IMG/VR virus record: IMGVR_UViG_3300016471_001002
Coordinates: 128,001-192,000 of that record
DNA: 64,000 bases
Source of the DNA: a virus
Taxonomy: Duplodnaviria; Caudoviricetes
Direction: 5' to 3' (one strand)
Of the stretch, positions 1-9,394 are shown one piece after another. A program made the position numbers and the translations under genes. The notes beneath the pieces were generated by a model. It saw nothing but the letters and a program-made list of their open reading frames with translations. It had not been told where the DNA came from and made no database searches. Numbering within the stretch: the stretch's first letter is position 1; every line of letters begins with the position of its first letter.

Positions 1-80
1 GAGTGTGATTGTATCGTTTTCTGGAACGAAGATTTCATTCCTTTCATATGGGAAAACCTAACACTCCTCTCGGAGGTACC

Positions 81-272
81 ATGAAACGGGGTGATCTGGT
101 AAAAATCACCCATCAAAAAACAGGAGAGGGTGAGGTGGTGGTGTGTTACAAACCGGAGGTAATCAGGTGTTTCAATCACTATGGTTCTTATCATGGAATC
201 CAGATGATCAATTCCAACGGAACCATTGTTTGTTACCCGGTGGATCGTTGGAGTTTTGAGGTGATCCGGTGA
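81..272 (+). CDS. small SH3/KOW-like protein
   Basis: ATG at 81 after GGAGG; MKRGDLVKI start typical of the paralog family. Confidence 0.7.
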   Translation: MKRGDLVKITHQKTGEGEVVVCYKPEVIRCFNHYGSYHGIQMINSNGTIVCYPVDRWSFEVIR

Positions 273-472
273 GAGTTGGAGATCTAGTTCGTTTCCGAAC
301 CGGGAGGAAACTAATCACCAGGGATATCACCTGGGATACAGGATTGATACTTGAGATATTCCTCGATGATTTTGATGGGGGAGATAAGTGCAAAATTCTG
401 GATTCCAGTGGTAGAATTAAATGGATTCGTTCCCATGGAACCGAGGTATTGAACCACAATGAAACCTGGTGA
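269..472 (+). CDS. small SH3/KOW-like protein
   Basis: VGDLVRF...KILDSSGRIKW; overlapping start/stop. Confidence 0.7.
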   Translation: MRVGDLVRFRTGRKLITRDITWDTGLILEIFLDDFDGGDKCKILDSSGRIKWIRSHGTEVLNHNETW

Positions 473-707
473 TATGGTTAGTGTGAAGGATGGTGATAAA
501 GGTAACACCTACTGGTTATACCATCCTGAATCCCCAATTACCATTAACCTCATCCCCACCGATATTCGGTTTGGATTCTCAGATACCGGTTTGATATTGG
601 AATCCCATGTGAACACTGGGATGTACCCTTACGCAACCTTCCTCAAGATTCTCACCCCTCGGGGAATCGGTTGGGCAAATGAGAATTGGGTGGAGGTTCT
701 ACTGTGA
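459..707 (+). CDS. small SH3-like protein
   Basis: MKPGDMVSV...KILTPRGIGWANENWVEV. Confidence 0.75.
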   Translation: MKPGDMVSVKDGDKGNTYWLYHPESPITINLIPTDIRFGFSDTGLILESHVNTGMYPYATFLKILTPRGIGWANENWVEVLL

Positions 708-973
708 AACCTGGATCACAAGTTCGTTTAATTCCTGAGTTGGAAGGTAACGAGGATTACAAGATCCTCTGGGATGATCCACCGGATTTCACTTCAATCT
801 ACAGGAAGAACCACACCGGGAGGTTCCGTTACACCGAGGTTGGAATGGTTCTTGAACAAAGATATGTTTCCGATGATAACCTACCTCTTCACGTTCAAAC
901 CACCTGGATCAAGGTTCTATGTTCCTCAGGAATCGGTTGGATTAAAAGATGTGATCTGGAGTTGGTGAGATGA
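704..973 (+). CDS. small SH3-like protein
   Basis: GTG start overlapping upstream stop; KPGSQVRL...KVLCSSGIGWIKRCDLELV. Confidence 0.75.
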   Translation: MKPGSQVRLIPELEGNEDYKILWDDPPDFTSIYRKNHTGRFRYTEVGMVLEQRYVSDDNLPLHVQTTWIKVLCSSGIGWIKRCDLELVR

Positions 974-1176
974 AGATCGGAAATCTTATTCGAATCACTC
1001 GGTTCTTCAAGGATTGGAAGATCAACACCACCACCGGTGTTCTACTACATTTTTGCCCCGTGGAACCAATCAAGGATACCCATAAAAAATCTTTCAATAT
1101 TCGGATGTTGGAAACCAACGGGGAAATTCAGGATTTTATTCTGGTTCCGGAGGATGGGATTGAGGTGTTGGGGTGA
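970..1176 (+). CDS. small SH3/KOW-like protein
   Basis: MKIGNLIRI; translationally coupled. Confidence 0.65.
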   Translation: MKIGNLIRITRFFKDWKINTTTGVLLHFCPVEPIKDTHKKSFNIRMLETNGEIQDFILVPEDGIEVLG

Positions 1177-1370
1177 GAAAACCAGGTGATATGGTTCGAA
1201 TCTCCTCCAAAACCGATGGTGATATTGATGGAAAACTTGCCACCGTTATCGAGCATGTGGATGAGAACCTCCGTTCCGGGAGGATGTGTTACACCAAGGT
1301 TTTCCTCATGATTTCCGGGGTTCCTGTTTTTAGGTACCTCTGCCCGGATTCACTGGAGTTGGTGAGATGA
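1173..1370 (+). CDS. small SH3/KOW-like protein
   Basis: KPGDMVRI...DSLELVR. Confidence 0.7.
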   Translation: MRKPGDMVRISSKTDGDIDGKLATVIEHVDENLRSGRMCYTKVFLMISGVPVFRYLCPDSLELVR

Positions 1371-1594
1371 AAAATAGAACACTTTTATCTCTAGGTGATC
1401 CAGTTATTTGTACCCCTTTCAAATGGGAAAACAATCCTGAAGTGGATTCTCCACCGTTTGTGGGGATGTGGATGGGGAGTAGAAGGAATGAATGGAATCC
1501 ATCCGAATATAATGTTCTCGGCCCGGATGGGTTGGTTTGGTTGTGGAGTAACCGTTGGGCGGTGGAGAGGATCAATGAAACCGAACCTCGGTGA
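1367..1594 (+). CDS. small SH3/KOW-like protein
   Basis: LGDPVIC...YNVLGPDGLVW. Confidence 0.65.
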   Translation: MKNRTLLSLGDPVICTPFKWENNPEVDSPPFVGMWMGSRRNEWNPSEYNVLGPDGLVWLWSNRWAVERINETEPR

Positions 1595-1784
1595 GTTGTG
1601 GATGGTGAGTGATACCGTTAGGGTAACCGTTGGAAACAAGGTTGCAACTTTCCGCCTATCCGGGCCGGGTTTGGTGGTGAAAATCCATGAGAACCGCGAT
1701 GAATACGGAGATTATTACACCGTGTTCTGGGGTGGAAAAACATCGGAACTATTCCGGGATAATTTTGTGGAGAGGATATCTTGA
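1575..1784 (+). CDS. small SH3/KOW-like protein
   Basis: ATG 1575 after GGAG; GPGLVVKI...YTVFWGG. Confidence 0.65.
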   Translation: MKPNLGELWMVSDTVRVTVGNKVATFRLSGPGLVVKIHENRDEYGDYYTVFWGGKTSELFRDNFVERIS

Positions 1785-1981
1785 AATTATCTCCTGGAAA
1801 TCTAATCAGAATCTATCTCCTACCACACCGAGATGAGTTACGGAACGGTGGGATTGTTGTTGGGAAATCCAATGAATTCGGTTCTGATTTCTATGATGTT
1901 CTGGAACTTGGAACCGGGCGGATGATTTATGTTCCAGTGAACAGTATCGGGAAGAAGTATGAGATTGAGGTGTTTGGGTGA
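1781..1981 (+). CDS. small SH3/KOW-like protein
   Basis: PGNLIRI...GIVV...YDVLE. Confidence 0.65.
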   Translation: MKLSPGNLIRIYLLPHRDELRNGGIVVGKSNEFGSDFYDVLELGTGRMIYVPVNSIGKKYEIEVFG

Positions 1982-2241
1982 GTAAATTTAACCCCGGTGA
2001 TTCGGTTCGGATCAGATCTGATCCAAATCACCCAACGGATCAACATCGAATTTACGATTTCCCGGAGAAGATCCGCTGGGCTGGAGAATCCATAGTTCCT
2101 CGGAGTTTCATCGGTAAGGTTCCGGGTGGTTCAATTGGAATCGTGGTGGAGATAAAAGAGGAACAGTGTAAGGTTCTGTTTTTCGGTGGTGAGGTTTTCG
2201 GATGGGTGAGTGAGAACAAATTAGTTGGGGAGGCAGAGTGA
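1978..2241 (+). CDS. small SH3-like protein
   Basis: FNPGDSVRI...KVLFFGGEVFGWVSENKL. Confidence 0.75.
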   Translation: MSKFNPGDSVRIRSDPNHPTDQHRIYDFPEKIRWAGESIVPRSFIGKVPGGSIGIVVEIKEEQCKVLFFGGEVFGWVSENKLVGEAE

Positions 2242-2257
2242 ATCTAGGAAAACTTTT

Positions 2258-3151
2258 TCAACCTTCCCGTTGAAGTTTTTCTAACCTTTTCTTTTCCCGC
2301 CCTAATCTCTGTTTTTCCTTCACCATTGCTCTATATTCAGGATTTTCCCACTGTTTCTTTCTTATTTCACTCATCTTTTTCCTGTGCTCAGGATCCTCCC
2401 ACATTTTCTTACTCGATTCAGAAATCTTTTCTTTATACTCAGGATCCTCCCACTTTTTCTTGCTGGATTCAGAAATCTTTTCTCTATACTCAGGATCCTC
2501 CCACTTTTTTTTATGTGATTCTCTCATCTTTTCTCTATATTCAGGATTTTCCCACTGTTTCTTTACTGATTCGCTTAATTTTCCCCTGCGTTCAGGACCC
2601 TCCCACACCTTCTTTCTAGATTTACTCATCTTTTCCTTGTGCTCAGGATCCTCCCACATTTTCTTTTGAGTTTCGCTCATCTTTTTTCTTTGTTCAGGAT
2701 CTTCACACCTTTTTTTATGTGATTCACGCATCTTTTTTTTGAACATGGGATCTTCCCACATCTTCTTACTTTTTTCCTGATGTTTTTTTCTTTGTTCAGG
2801 ATCTTCGAGCCTTTTTTTATGTGATTCACTCATCTTTTTTTTAACTTCTTCAGTGTACTTGTATCCTGAAACACCATCTCCACCAAGGGTAAAATTCGCT
2901 CCACCTTTTCCATGATGAACATATGTTTGAAGTTCCCCAATGAGTTGAATCTCTTTCTCAAATGATTCTTGCTCACTGCGAGTTTCAAAAACAATTTCTC
3001 TGATGATCCCATGCTTGTTTTTGATTCTTGTGTGAAGATGATTTCTTTCTAGATCTTTAACTCTACTTTCATCACCTTTCCCAACGTAGAAGGGCTTTCT
3101 ATCATCACCTCTGAAATCAACATACACGAAGAATTTCTTCTCAATTTCCAT
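2258..3151 (-). CDS. GIY-YIG-type free-standing homing endonuclease with C-terminal ~14-aa helical repeats
   Basis: FFVYVD..KPFYVGKG..R...E...I...NFTLGGDG; repeats KKxWEDPEYREKMS. Confidence 0.8.
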   Translation of the reverse strand: MEIEKKFFVYVDFRGDDRKPFYVGKGDESRVKDLERNHLHTRIKNKHGIIREIVFETRSEQESFEKEIQLIGELQTYVHHGKGGANFTLGGDGVSGYKYTEEVKKKMSESHKKRLEDPEQRKKHQEKSKKMWEDPMFKKKMRESHKKRCEDPEQRKKMSETQKKMWEDPEHKEKMSKSRKKVWEGPERRGKLSESVKKQWENPEYREKMRESHKKKWEDPEYREKISESSKKKWEDPEYKEKISESSKKMWEDPEHRKKMSEIRKKQWENPEYRAMVKEKQRLGREKKRLEKLQREG

Positions 3152-3214
3152 ATCAATAAATATACTCTAAGTACCTAAAAAGATAACAAAAACAATGGTT
3201 TTTGATAGGTTTTA

Positions 3215-3243
3215 TGTAAATTTAAGGGATCATAGAGTAGAAA
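3215..3243 (+). promoter_or_regulatory. early-type promoter
   Basis: TGTAAA-N17-TAGAAA, matches recurring consensus. Confidence 0.5.
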
Positions 3244-3281
3244 ATTATAAGATTGAGAAGTTATAGTTTGTTCGGAGAAAA

Positions 3282-4922
3282 ATGAAAACCAGCAAAATTT
3301 TTTTGATCATATGTACCCTGGTTTCAGGGGCATTCCTTTCTTACCCGAAGATCCTCCGGTGGCAGGTAGAGAAAAGGTTACCAGGAGTTGAATTCACGGA
3401 TGTAAATCTAGAGTTGTTACCTTTCGTGCTCACCCTATCAGGGGTTACCTTCAACCGTGGGTGGATCTCCGGTGATCTGGAAAGTATAACCTCTGATTTC
3501 CGCGGTGAACATGTTGTTCTGAGGGGTGGAAACCTGACCGTGAACCTGGATGATAAACCAGAAGGGGATGATAAACCGGATGGGTTTACCGTTCAAAAGA
3601 GGGATATTCAACTAAGAAACCTTGGTGTGAAGGTATCCCACACGGGGCACAACATCACCATGGAAGGTGTTCGAACCGATGGCCCCAAGGTGTGTTTCTC
3701 CTCGGCCAGGTTGGAGGTTCCAAACATCACCACCGGGAACGGTTGTTTCAACCGGGAAGATGATAGTTTCACCGTGGGCCGGGCAGAAATGAAGTTGATG
3801 AAGTTCAGAGGTGCTGAGGTAAAGAACCTCACCGCAGAGAACATCACCTTCAACACCAAAACCAAGGTGGCCCAGGTGGATAAGGTAGGGGTTCAGGTAA
3901 CCTTCGAAGGCCAAGAATTCCTCATCGATTCTCACGGTGTGATGGCATCCAGAAAACCCGATACCATCAAGGTTGAATCACTAAAGGTAAAACATCCATG
4001 GTTGGCCGGGGATTGGTTGGAACTAGGAAAGGTGAGTGTTGGCCACGGAGACAGGTGGAGCCTCACCGTTGGGGGTTCCCACATCGGGGTTGAACCAAAA
4101 TCACTTACGATTTCAGGGGAGGAGGAATGCGGAACCTGGATCGATTCACTTCCGCCCAACCTGAAGATCGGCCCACTTTCAGGGGTGAAGATGACAGGTA
4201 AATCCAGTTTTTCCATCGGGTTCCGTCCCAAACCTACCTTCAACCTCAGGTCCGATTGCAGGGCCCGGTGTGATTCACTTCCAAACCTACGGAAGCCATT
4301 CCGCTACACGGCCTATGATCCCAAAGGAAAACCATTCGAGAGGGAGACCGGCCGAGGTACCAGAAGCTGGGTTTCATTGTTGATGACCGGAGATATGCCC
4401 CTGGCCGTAACCACCATGGAGGATCCTGGTTTCGAACATCACCGTGGATTCATTGTTCAGGCCTTCAGCAACAGTTTCCTGGATAACCTAAAACAAGGCC
4501 GTTTTCTCCGAGGTGGAAGTACCATCACAATGCAGTTGGCCAAGAACCTCTGGTTGACCCGAGAAAAAACCTTGGGTAGAAAGGTTCAGGAATTCTTCTT
4601 ATCTCAGGCCCTGGAATCTTGTTATTCCAAGGATGAGATCATGGAGTTGTACCTAAACGTTGTTGAATTTGGCCCTAATCAGTATGGAGTTGGAAACGGT
4701 TCCATGTATTGGTTCCACAAGGGCCCTGGTGAATTGGTACCAACCGAGGCATTTTGGTTGGCCAGTATCCTACCTCGGCCTAGTAGAACACAACCTCCAA
4801 CCGATTCTAGTTTGAAACACGTGGAAGGTTTGATGAAACGTTTGGCCGAGGATGGCCGTATTCCTAATTTCACGGATGATATGGTGGAACCCGAGGAAGT
4901 GCAAAACCCCGAGGAGCCATGA
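3282..4922 (+). CDS. membrane-anchored peptidoglycan glycosyltransferase (GT51 transglycosylase domain, no transpeptidase)
   Basis: N-terminal hydrophobic helix; EDxxFxxHxG, RGGSTITMQLAKNL, RKVQE, ELYLN motifs. Confidence 0.9.
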   Translation: MKTSKIFLIICTLVSGAFLSYPKILRWQVEKRLPGVEFTDVNLELLPFVLTLSGVTFNRGWISGDLESITSDFRGEHVVLRGGNLTVNLDDKPEGDDKPDGFTVQKRDIQLRNLGVKVSHTGHNITMEGVRTDGPKVCFSSARLEVPNITTGNGCFNREDDSFTVGRAEMKLMKFRGAEVKNLTAENITFNTKTKVAQVDKVGVQVTFEGQEFLIDSHGVMASRKPDTIKVESLKVKHPWLAGDWLELGKVSVGHGDRWSLTVGGSHIGVEPKSLTISGEEECGTWIDSLPPNLKIGPLSGVKMTGKSSFSIGFRPKPTFNLRSDCRARCDSLPNLRKPFRYTAYDPKGKPFERETGRGTRSWVSLLMTGDMPLAVTTMEDPGFEHHRGFIVQAFSNSFLDNLKQGRFLRGGSTITMQLAKNLWLTREKTLGRKVQEFFLSQALESCYSKDEIMELYLNVVEFGPNQYGVGNGSMYWFHKGPGELVPTEAFWLASILPRPSRTQPPTDSSLKHVEGLMKRLAEDGRIPNFTDDMVEPEEVQNPEEP

Positions 4923-4928
4923 TAGGAT

Positions 4929-5123
4929 GTGGTTATGGATGTTGGTGATTTGTGTTTTACCAATTTCTTTGGTGAACCACACCGAGCGGGGATAATCCTG
5001 AGAGTTGGGTGGAATTCCTATGGGATTGTATCCTACCTAACCCTCCTCCCTGATGGGAAACAGGTTTATTTCCGCCCGGAACAAATCATCCTCCCCGAGG
5101 AGTTTCAAAAATATCATGAGTGA
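4929..5123 (+). CDS. small SH3/KOW-like protein
   Basis: VGDLCF...AGIILRV. Confidence 0.65.
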   Translation: MVMDVGDLCFTNFFGEPHRAGIILRVGWNSYGIVSYLTLLPDGKQVYFRPEQIILPEEFQKYHE

Positions 5124-5442
5124 AATAAACACGGTATTCATCACCTCCCTCCTCACCCTCGATGGAAAACTACTCGATGAGGTTGATTGGAAAATTGGAG
5201 ATATGGTTCGTTTCCTTTACTCCAGTTCCACCGGAACCATTGTGAGAAAAACCTCCGATAATCAGGTGGAGGTTTTATGGGGTGATTTTTACAATCCCTT
5301 CCACGATACATTGGGGAGGCCCGGAGGTAGGATTAACTACGATCAGGTTGCAAGGAATTTATTCACCGTGGAACCTCTTCCTCAAGGTGCAATTCCTTTC
5401 TACCTGGATATGGTGGAAAAAAGAATGAAGGGTGATGAGTGA
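5116..5442 (+). CDS. hypothetical protein with KOW-like segment
   Basis: WKIGDMVRF...TGTIV...VEVLW. Confidence 0.65.
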   Translation: MSEINTVFITSLLTLDGKLLDEVDWKIGDMVRFLYSSSTGTIVRKTSDNQVEVLWGDFYNPFHDTLGRPGGRINYDQVARNLFTVEPLPQGAIPFYLDMVEKRMKGDE

Positions 5443-5485
5443 AATTCCTCCACCTCATGTGGTACCTTGATCAAGGAGAAGAAGG

Positions 5486-5758
5486 ATGAGCAAAGAAATC
5501 GATACCGAGAAGTGGTTGAGTTGTTTGTTTTCCGAGTTAATCAGGCGTGGGTTGGATAGTGATGAACACCTACATTTTAAAGATTCCCCTCTAGGTGGTT
5601 CTCCTGCCCCGAGCCGGGTAGAGTTGATGGTGGCCCACCTTGGTTACACGGGTGAGTTTCTAACGGAACTTCTCCAGGAACACCTCGAGAGGATCCTCCA
5701 TGATTACGGAAAGTTGGAGGCCGGGTTACATGCACCACCCCCAGGAGATTCGAAGTGA
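5486..5758 (+). CDS. hypothetical protein
   Basis: SD plus upstream TGAAAT-N17-TACCTT promoter. Confidence 0.6.
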   Translation: MSKEIDTEKWLSCLFSELIRRGLDSDEHLHFKDSPLGGSPAPSRVELMVAHLGYTGEFLTELLQEHLERILHDYGKLEAGLHAPPPGDSK

Positions 5759-6081
5759 ATAAATCCCGTTATGAAATTCATCTTGATCCACCACTCGCAC
5801 CGGAACAAGGAATCACCAAGGAAAACCACCAGTTATTGGAATTGTTCTTCCTCGCACCACCTCACATTGGGGAATGGTTTCTAAAACTACCTGATGTTCA
5901 GGATAGAATGGTGGTTAACTTCACCGATTCCAAGTACCACCCGGATTCCTACCGGGAAATGATTGTGGAGCTCCTGGAGGAAATGAACCGAAACCGGTGC
6001 GGTGAGTTTCCAGAGGATCTAAAGGAAGTCATGAAGATCCTAAAGGTTGGTGAGGATGTGCAAAGTTCCGCGGGAGGATGA
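5755..6081 (+). CDS. hypothetical protein
   Basis: coupled ORF in operon. Confidence 0.6.
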   Translation: MNKSRYEIHLDPPLAPEQGITKENHQLLELFFLAPPHIGEWFLKLPDVQDRMVVNFTDSKYHPDSYREMIVELLEEMNRNRCGEFPEDLKEVMKILKVGEDVQSSAGG

Positions 6082-6087
6082 TAAGGT
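6059..6087 (+). promoter_or_regulatory. early-type promoter with TTCCGCGG spacer (copy 1)
   Basis: TGCAAA-gttccgcgggaggatga-TAAGGT. Confidence 0.65.
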
Positions 6088-6093
6088 GGAACC

Positions 6094-6315
6094 ATGAGCA
6101 ACCCCAAGAACATCAATGATGTGATTCATGATCTCGATGTGTTGATCATGGATCTTCAAAAAATTCATGATGAACACTGGATCAAGAGCACCGCAAAGGG
6201 AACCACATCCAAGAGGATCTTAAGGGTTCTTTCTATCCTCAACACCCAGTTCCAGGAACTTGATGATCTTGAAATTCTGGTGAATGATGAGATGAAGGTG
6301 GAGGAGAGCAAGTGA
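6094..6315 (+). CDS. hypothetical helical protein
   Basis: ORF directly after promoter. Confidence 0.6.
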   Translation: MSNPKNINDVIHDLDVLIMDLQKIHDEHWIKSTAKGTTSKRILRVLSILNTQFQELDDLEILVNDEMKVEESK

Positions 6316-6587
6316 GCAATTCCGATAAAAATCCGTGCAAGGAAATCGATCTTGGGGTTCACGATGAAATCGATTACATCTCCAGGAAGATCAGAGAAGC
6401 CCTAGGAACCCAACACATCGGTGAGAATCAATCCCGTGAGATCCTTGAGAAACAGTTTAATAGTGATCGGGAATACATAAGGAACCTGTACGAGAACATC
6501 CTCAAGGAGAAGTGCGTAGAGTTGGGAATCGATCCTGAATCACTTCGTGTGGATTGGGGATCAATGAAGGTGGAGGAGAAACAATGA
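6312..6587 (+). CDS. hypothetical protein
   Basis: coupled ORF. Confidence 0.6.
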   Translation: MSNSDKNPCKEIDLGVHDEIDYISRKIREALGTQHIGENQSREILEKQFNSDREYIRNLYENILKEKCVELGIDPESLRVDWGSMKVEEKQ

Positions 6588-6775
6588 AGAAGATTTGGAT
6601 CGTAGTTCAATCAACTCCGGATCCTGATTATGAGTGTGGTAGGATTAAGTGCCTTAGTGCTCATAGTTCAAAGAAGAAGGCAGAGGTTTGGTTGAACGAT
6701 AACGAAAAGATGTACAAGGAAGATTTTAGTTCATTTCAGATCCAATCGGTTCCTTGGGAGGAGGATAAACCGTGA
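6584..6775 (+). CDS. hypothetical protein
   Basis: ATG 6584 after GGAGG; IWIVV...SAHSSKKKAE. Confidence 0.6.
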   Translation: MKKIWIVVQSTPDPDYECGRIKCLSAHSSKKKAEVWLNDNEKMYKEDFSSFQIQSVPWEEDKP

Positions 6776-6963
6776 AGAAATCAAAATCAAAGTTTTGTTC
6801 CAATTGCGGTGATCTGATTCCTGAAGGAAAGGAATTCATCGAGTTCAAAGGTTCATACTTTCACGATGATAAGGTAACCTGCATCGGAAACCTAAAGGTT
6901 ACGGTTGAAACCCTCAGGAGAAAGTTGATCGAGATCAATTCGATCACCAACGATATCCCATGA
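6772..6963 (+). CDS. small Zn-finger-like protein
   Basis: CSNCG...H....C. Confidence 0.55.
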   Translation: MKKSKSKFCSNCGDLIPEGKEFIEFKGSYFHDDKVTCIGNLKVTVETLRRKLIEINSITNDIP

Positions 6964-7463
6964 AAATCAATCAAGATCTTGTAACCAAAACCTTCCAGTG
7001 TAGGAATGGAACCTCTGGGTTGTACCATGATCCAGGTGATGTGAAGTTTATCCAAGAGGTTCTACAGAGAAACCTTGGTGTTTTTGTTAGTGAATCCGAG
7101 GTGATCGATTTTTGGCACTGGAGATCCAACGAATGGGATTCTTCTTTTCTCTCAATCAATTACCATGATGATGTTGAAATCCTGGAATGGTTCCAAAAAT
7201 TCATTGAATTTGTTGGGGTTGAACCTGATGAGGATGAAGAAAATATTCCTCAACCATCTCCAAGGGTTGGTGTGAAGGTTGTGGTGAAGGATGAGGAAGG
7301 AATCCCATGGGAGATCGAATTGGATCCTGATTATCACTCACAACTTATCCAGGATATTGAATCCCAGATTCCAGAAAATAGTGAAGGTGGATCCGTTCGA
7401 TATTCCTTGGAATATGATCCCAAAAAGATTTGGAACATGAGAAAGTTGGATGAGAAGAAATAA
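6960..7463 (+). CDS. hypothetical protein (putative target of endonuclease cassette 2)
   Basis: 167-aa coupled ORF; internal segment duplicated at 8526-8600. Confidence 0.65.
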   Translation: MKINQDLVTKTFQCRNGTSGLYHDPGDVKFIQEVLQRNLGVFVSESEVIDFWHWRSNEWDSSFLSINYHDDVEILEWFQKFIEFVGVEPDEDEENIPQPSPRVGVKVVVKDEEGIPWEIELDPDYHSQLIQDIESQIPENSEGGSVRYSLEYDPKKIWNMRKLDEKK

Positions 7464-7483
7464 AAGAACAGAGATCTAAAAGA

Positions 7484-8449
7484 TCAATTAGAATCTTTTC
7501 CCTCAGCTTCTTTTTTAAGCTTGTTTAATCTTCTTGTTTCCCAACACTTTTTAAGGTGTTCTTTCTTTTGTTCAGGGGTTCTTTTGCTATGAGCTTCTTT
7601 CATTTTTTTGATTCTTAAATCTCTTATATCAGGATCTTCCCACTGTTTTTTTGCGATCTGTTTGGATCTTTTTTTATATTCAGGTTTGTTTACTGCTTTC
7701 TTTATTGATTCTCTAGTTTTTTCTTTGTAATCAGGATCTTCCCATCTTTTCTTATTTAACTCACTCATCTTTTCTCTGAGCTCAGGATTTTCCCAGGTTT
7801 TCTTCAAAGAATCACTCAACGTTTTTCTAAGCTCAGGATCTTCCCACGCCTTTTTCATAGAAGCTTTTCGAGATGATTTATGCTCAGGATCTTCCCAAAT
7901 CTCTTTTGTTTTTTCACTTATGTTTTTTCTGTACTCTTCATCTTTTCTTGCTTCTATTTGTTTCTCTCTAAATTCATAATTTTCCCATGCTTTTTTTGTT
8001 AAATCAGAAAACTTCGTTCCAAGTTTTTCTCTCGAATCAGAATCATTCCAAATCTCTTGCATTGATTTTTTAATTGATTCACTAGTTTTTCTCTTGTATT
8101 CTTCATCTTCCCATATTGATTTTACGGAGTTTCTTATTTTTTCTTTGCTTTCTTCACTTATCCCAACACAACCTTCTCCACCAAAGGTAAAATTTGATCC
8201 ACCTTTTCCAAAATCAACATGTGTTTCAAGCTCTTGGATAAGCTCAATTTCTCTTTTAAAAGCTTCATTTTCATCAACATGTTCAGAATCAATTTTTCTG
8301 ATTATCCCATGCTTGTTTTTTATTCTTTCATGAAGTTGATTTCGATTTAGATCTTTAATTCTCGATTTAGTTCCTTTTCCTACATAAAAAGGTTTTCCAT
8401 CATCTTCACGATAATCCACATAAACGTAAAACATTCCTCTTATCTCCAT
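7484..8449 (-). CDS. GIY-YIG-type homing endonuclease with helical repeats
   Basis: FYVYVDYREDDGKPFYVGKG; paralog of 2258 and 13366; start placed by ATATTTAT-N4-ATG. Confidence 0.8.
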   Translation of the reverse strand: MEIRGMFYVYVDYREDDGKPFYVGKGTKSRIKDLNRNQLHERIKNKHGIIRKIDSEHVDENEAFKREIELIQELETHVDFGKGGSNFTFGGEGCVGISEESKEKIRNSVKSIWEDEEYKRKTSESIKKSMQEIWNDSDSREKLGTKFSDLTKKAWENYEFREKQIEARKDEEYRKNISEKTKEIWEDPEHKSSRKASMKKAWEDPELRKTLSDSLKKTWENPELREKMSELNKKRWEDPDYKEKTRESIKKAVNKPEYKKRSKQIAKKQWEDPDIRDLRIKKMKEAHSKRTPEQKKEHLKKCWETRRLNKLKKEAEGKDSN

Positions 8450-8489
8450 TACCATAAATATAAGTAAAGATAAGAAAAAAGATTCTTTT

Positions 8490-8518
8490 TGTAAATTTAA
8501 TAGAACCTTTGATATGGT
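8490..8518 (+). promoter_or_regulatory. early-type promoter
   Basis: TGTAAA-N17-TATGGT with TG extension. Confidence 0.65.
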
Positions 8519-8525
8519 TAGAAAT

Positions 8526-8600
8526 ATGAAACATTTAGAATTCTTCTCCGAGTTTCTACAACATGTTGGGGTGGAAATTGATGAGGAGGATGAACCATGA
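8526..8600 (+). pseudogene. 24-aa mini-ORF, displaced homolog of part of 6960-7463
   Basis: MKHLEFFSEFLQHVGVEIDEEDEP vs LEWFQKFIEFVGVEPDEDEE; ATGA-coupled to 8597. Confidence 0.6.
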
Positions 8601-8872
8601 AGAAAGTAACAAAGATCAAAAGATCACCTAGAATTGTTCAAAAGGTTGAGAATGAAGGGTGTGAAACCATCTATTGGATCGGTAATTCCGCATTCATTCA
8701 TTATGAGGATGAGGAAGGTAGTTCAGATAAGAAACATACCATTAGTACCGATGGTAGGTTTTATAGGGAAGTAGGAAGTTCCAGTTCACCAGATTCGGTG
8801 AGCATCACAGTTGTTTCACCAGATTTCACGATTATTAATTACTGCTACGAACCAATCCCTGAGGAACCATGA
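8597..8872 (+). CDS. hypothetical protein
   Basis: SD and coupling. Confidence 0.6.
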   Translation: MKKVTKIKRSPRIVQKVENEGCETIYWIGNSAFIHYEDEEGSSDKKHTISTDGRFYREVGSSSSPDSVSITVVSPDFTIINYCYEPIPEEP

Positions 8873-9090
8873 AGAAACTTAAGGTTGAGAGCATCCAAAC
8901 TGATCACAGGATTGAAAATGAATCTGATCTTGGTATTGCATTGAAACACCATAATCAGATGGCAAGATTGGGAGGATTGGTTCCTGATGCAATTGAACCA
9001 ATTGAGATCAACCTGAAGAATATCAAACTGGATTCTAATGGAAAACCTATTCTAACCATTGAAACGAAGGTGGGAGAAACTAATGAATAA
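8869..9090 (+). CDS. hypothetical protein
   Basis: coupled ORF. Confidence 0.6.
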   Translation: MKKLKVESIQTDHRIENESDLGIALKHHNQMARLGGLVPDAIEPIEINLKNIKLDSNGKPILTIETKVGETNE

Positions 9091-9394
9091 CATTGATCTA
9101 AGCGGTGTGTTTGATGGTGTAAAACCACAGGAGGATAACGTTCTTCCTCGTTTGGTTACCATGATCCAGGTTACGGAACCGATCCAGGAGAAGGATGTTC
9201 CAAAGAGATTGTTGGTAACCGTTAACGGTGGTGAGGTGATCAGGTACCAGAGCCTTTCCCACCTTCCGGTGGAGGTTGTGAGGGTGATCGATACACTTCC
9301 AGGTTTCGTGGGTTTCAATAAGGATATCCTCCTGGAAAAGATCGATAATCTCCGGAACGCGGTGGAGAATCTAAAAGTGGAGGAGGAACCATGA
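9083..9394 (+). CDS. hypothetical protein
   Basis: ATG 9083 after GGAG. Confidence 0.6.
   Translation: MNNIDLSGVFDGVKPQEDNVLPRLVTMIQVTEPIQEKDVPKRLLVTVNGGEVIRYQSLSHLPVEVVRVIDTLPGFVGFNKDILLEKIDNLRNAVENLKVEEEP

Noticed and set aside
2330-2830. Periodic tcaggatcctcccac repeats resembling a CRISPR array
   Set aside because: They are in-frame 42-bp coding repeats with similar, not unique, spacers; no cas genes are present.
1978-3266. Displaced tail for endonuclease cassette 1 (VENYKIEKL* at 3237-3266 versus WVSENKLVGEAE*)
   Set aside because: It resembles an SH3-family ending but is too short and has no start codon; kept only as a weak possibility.
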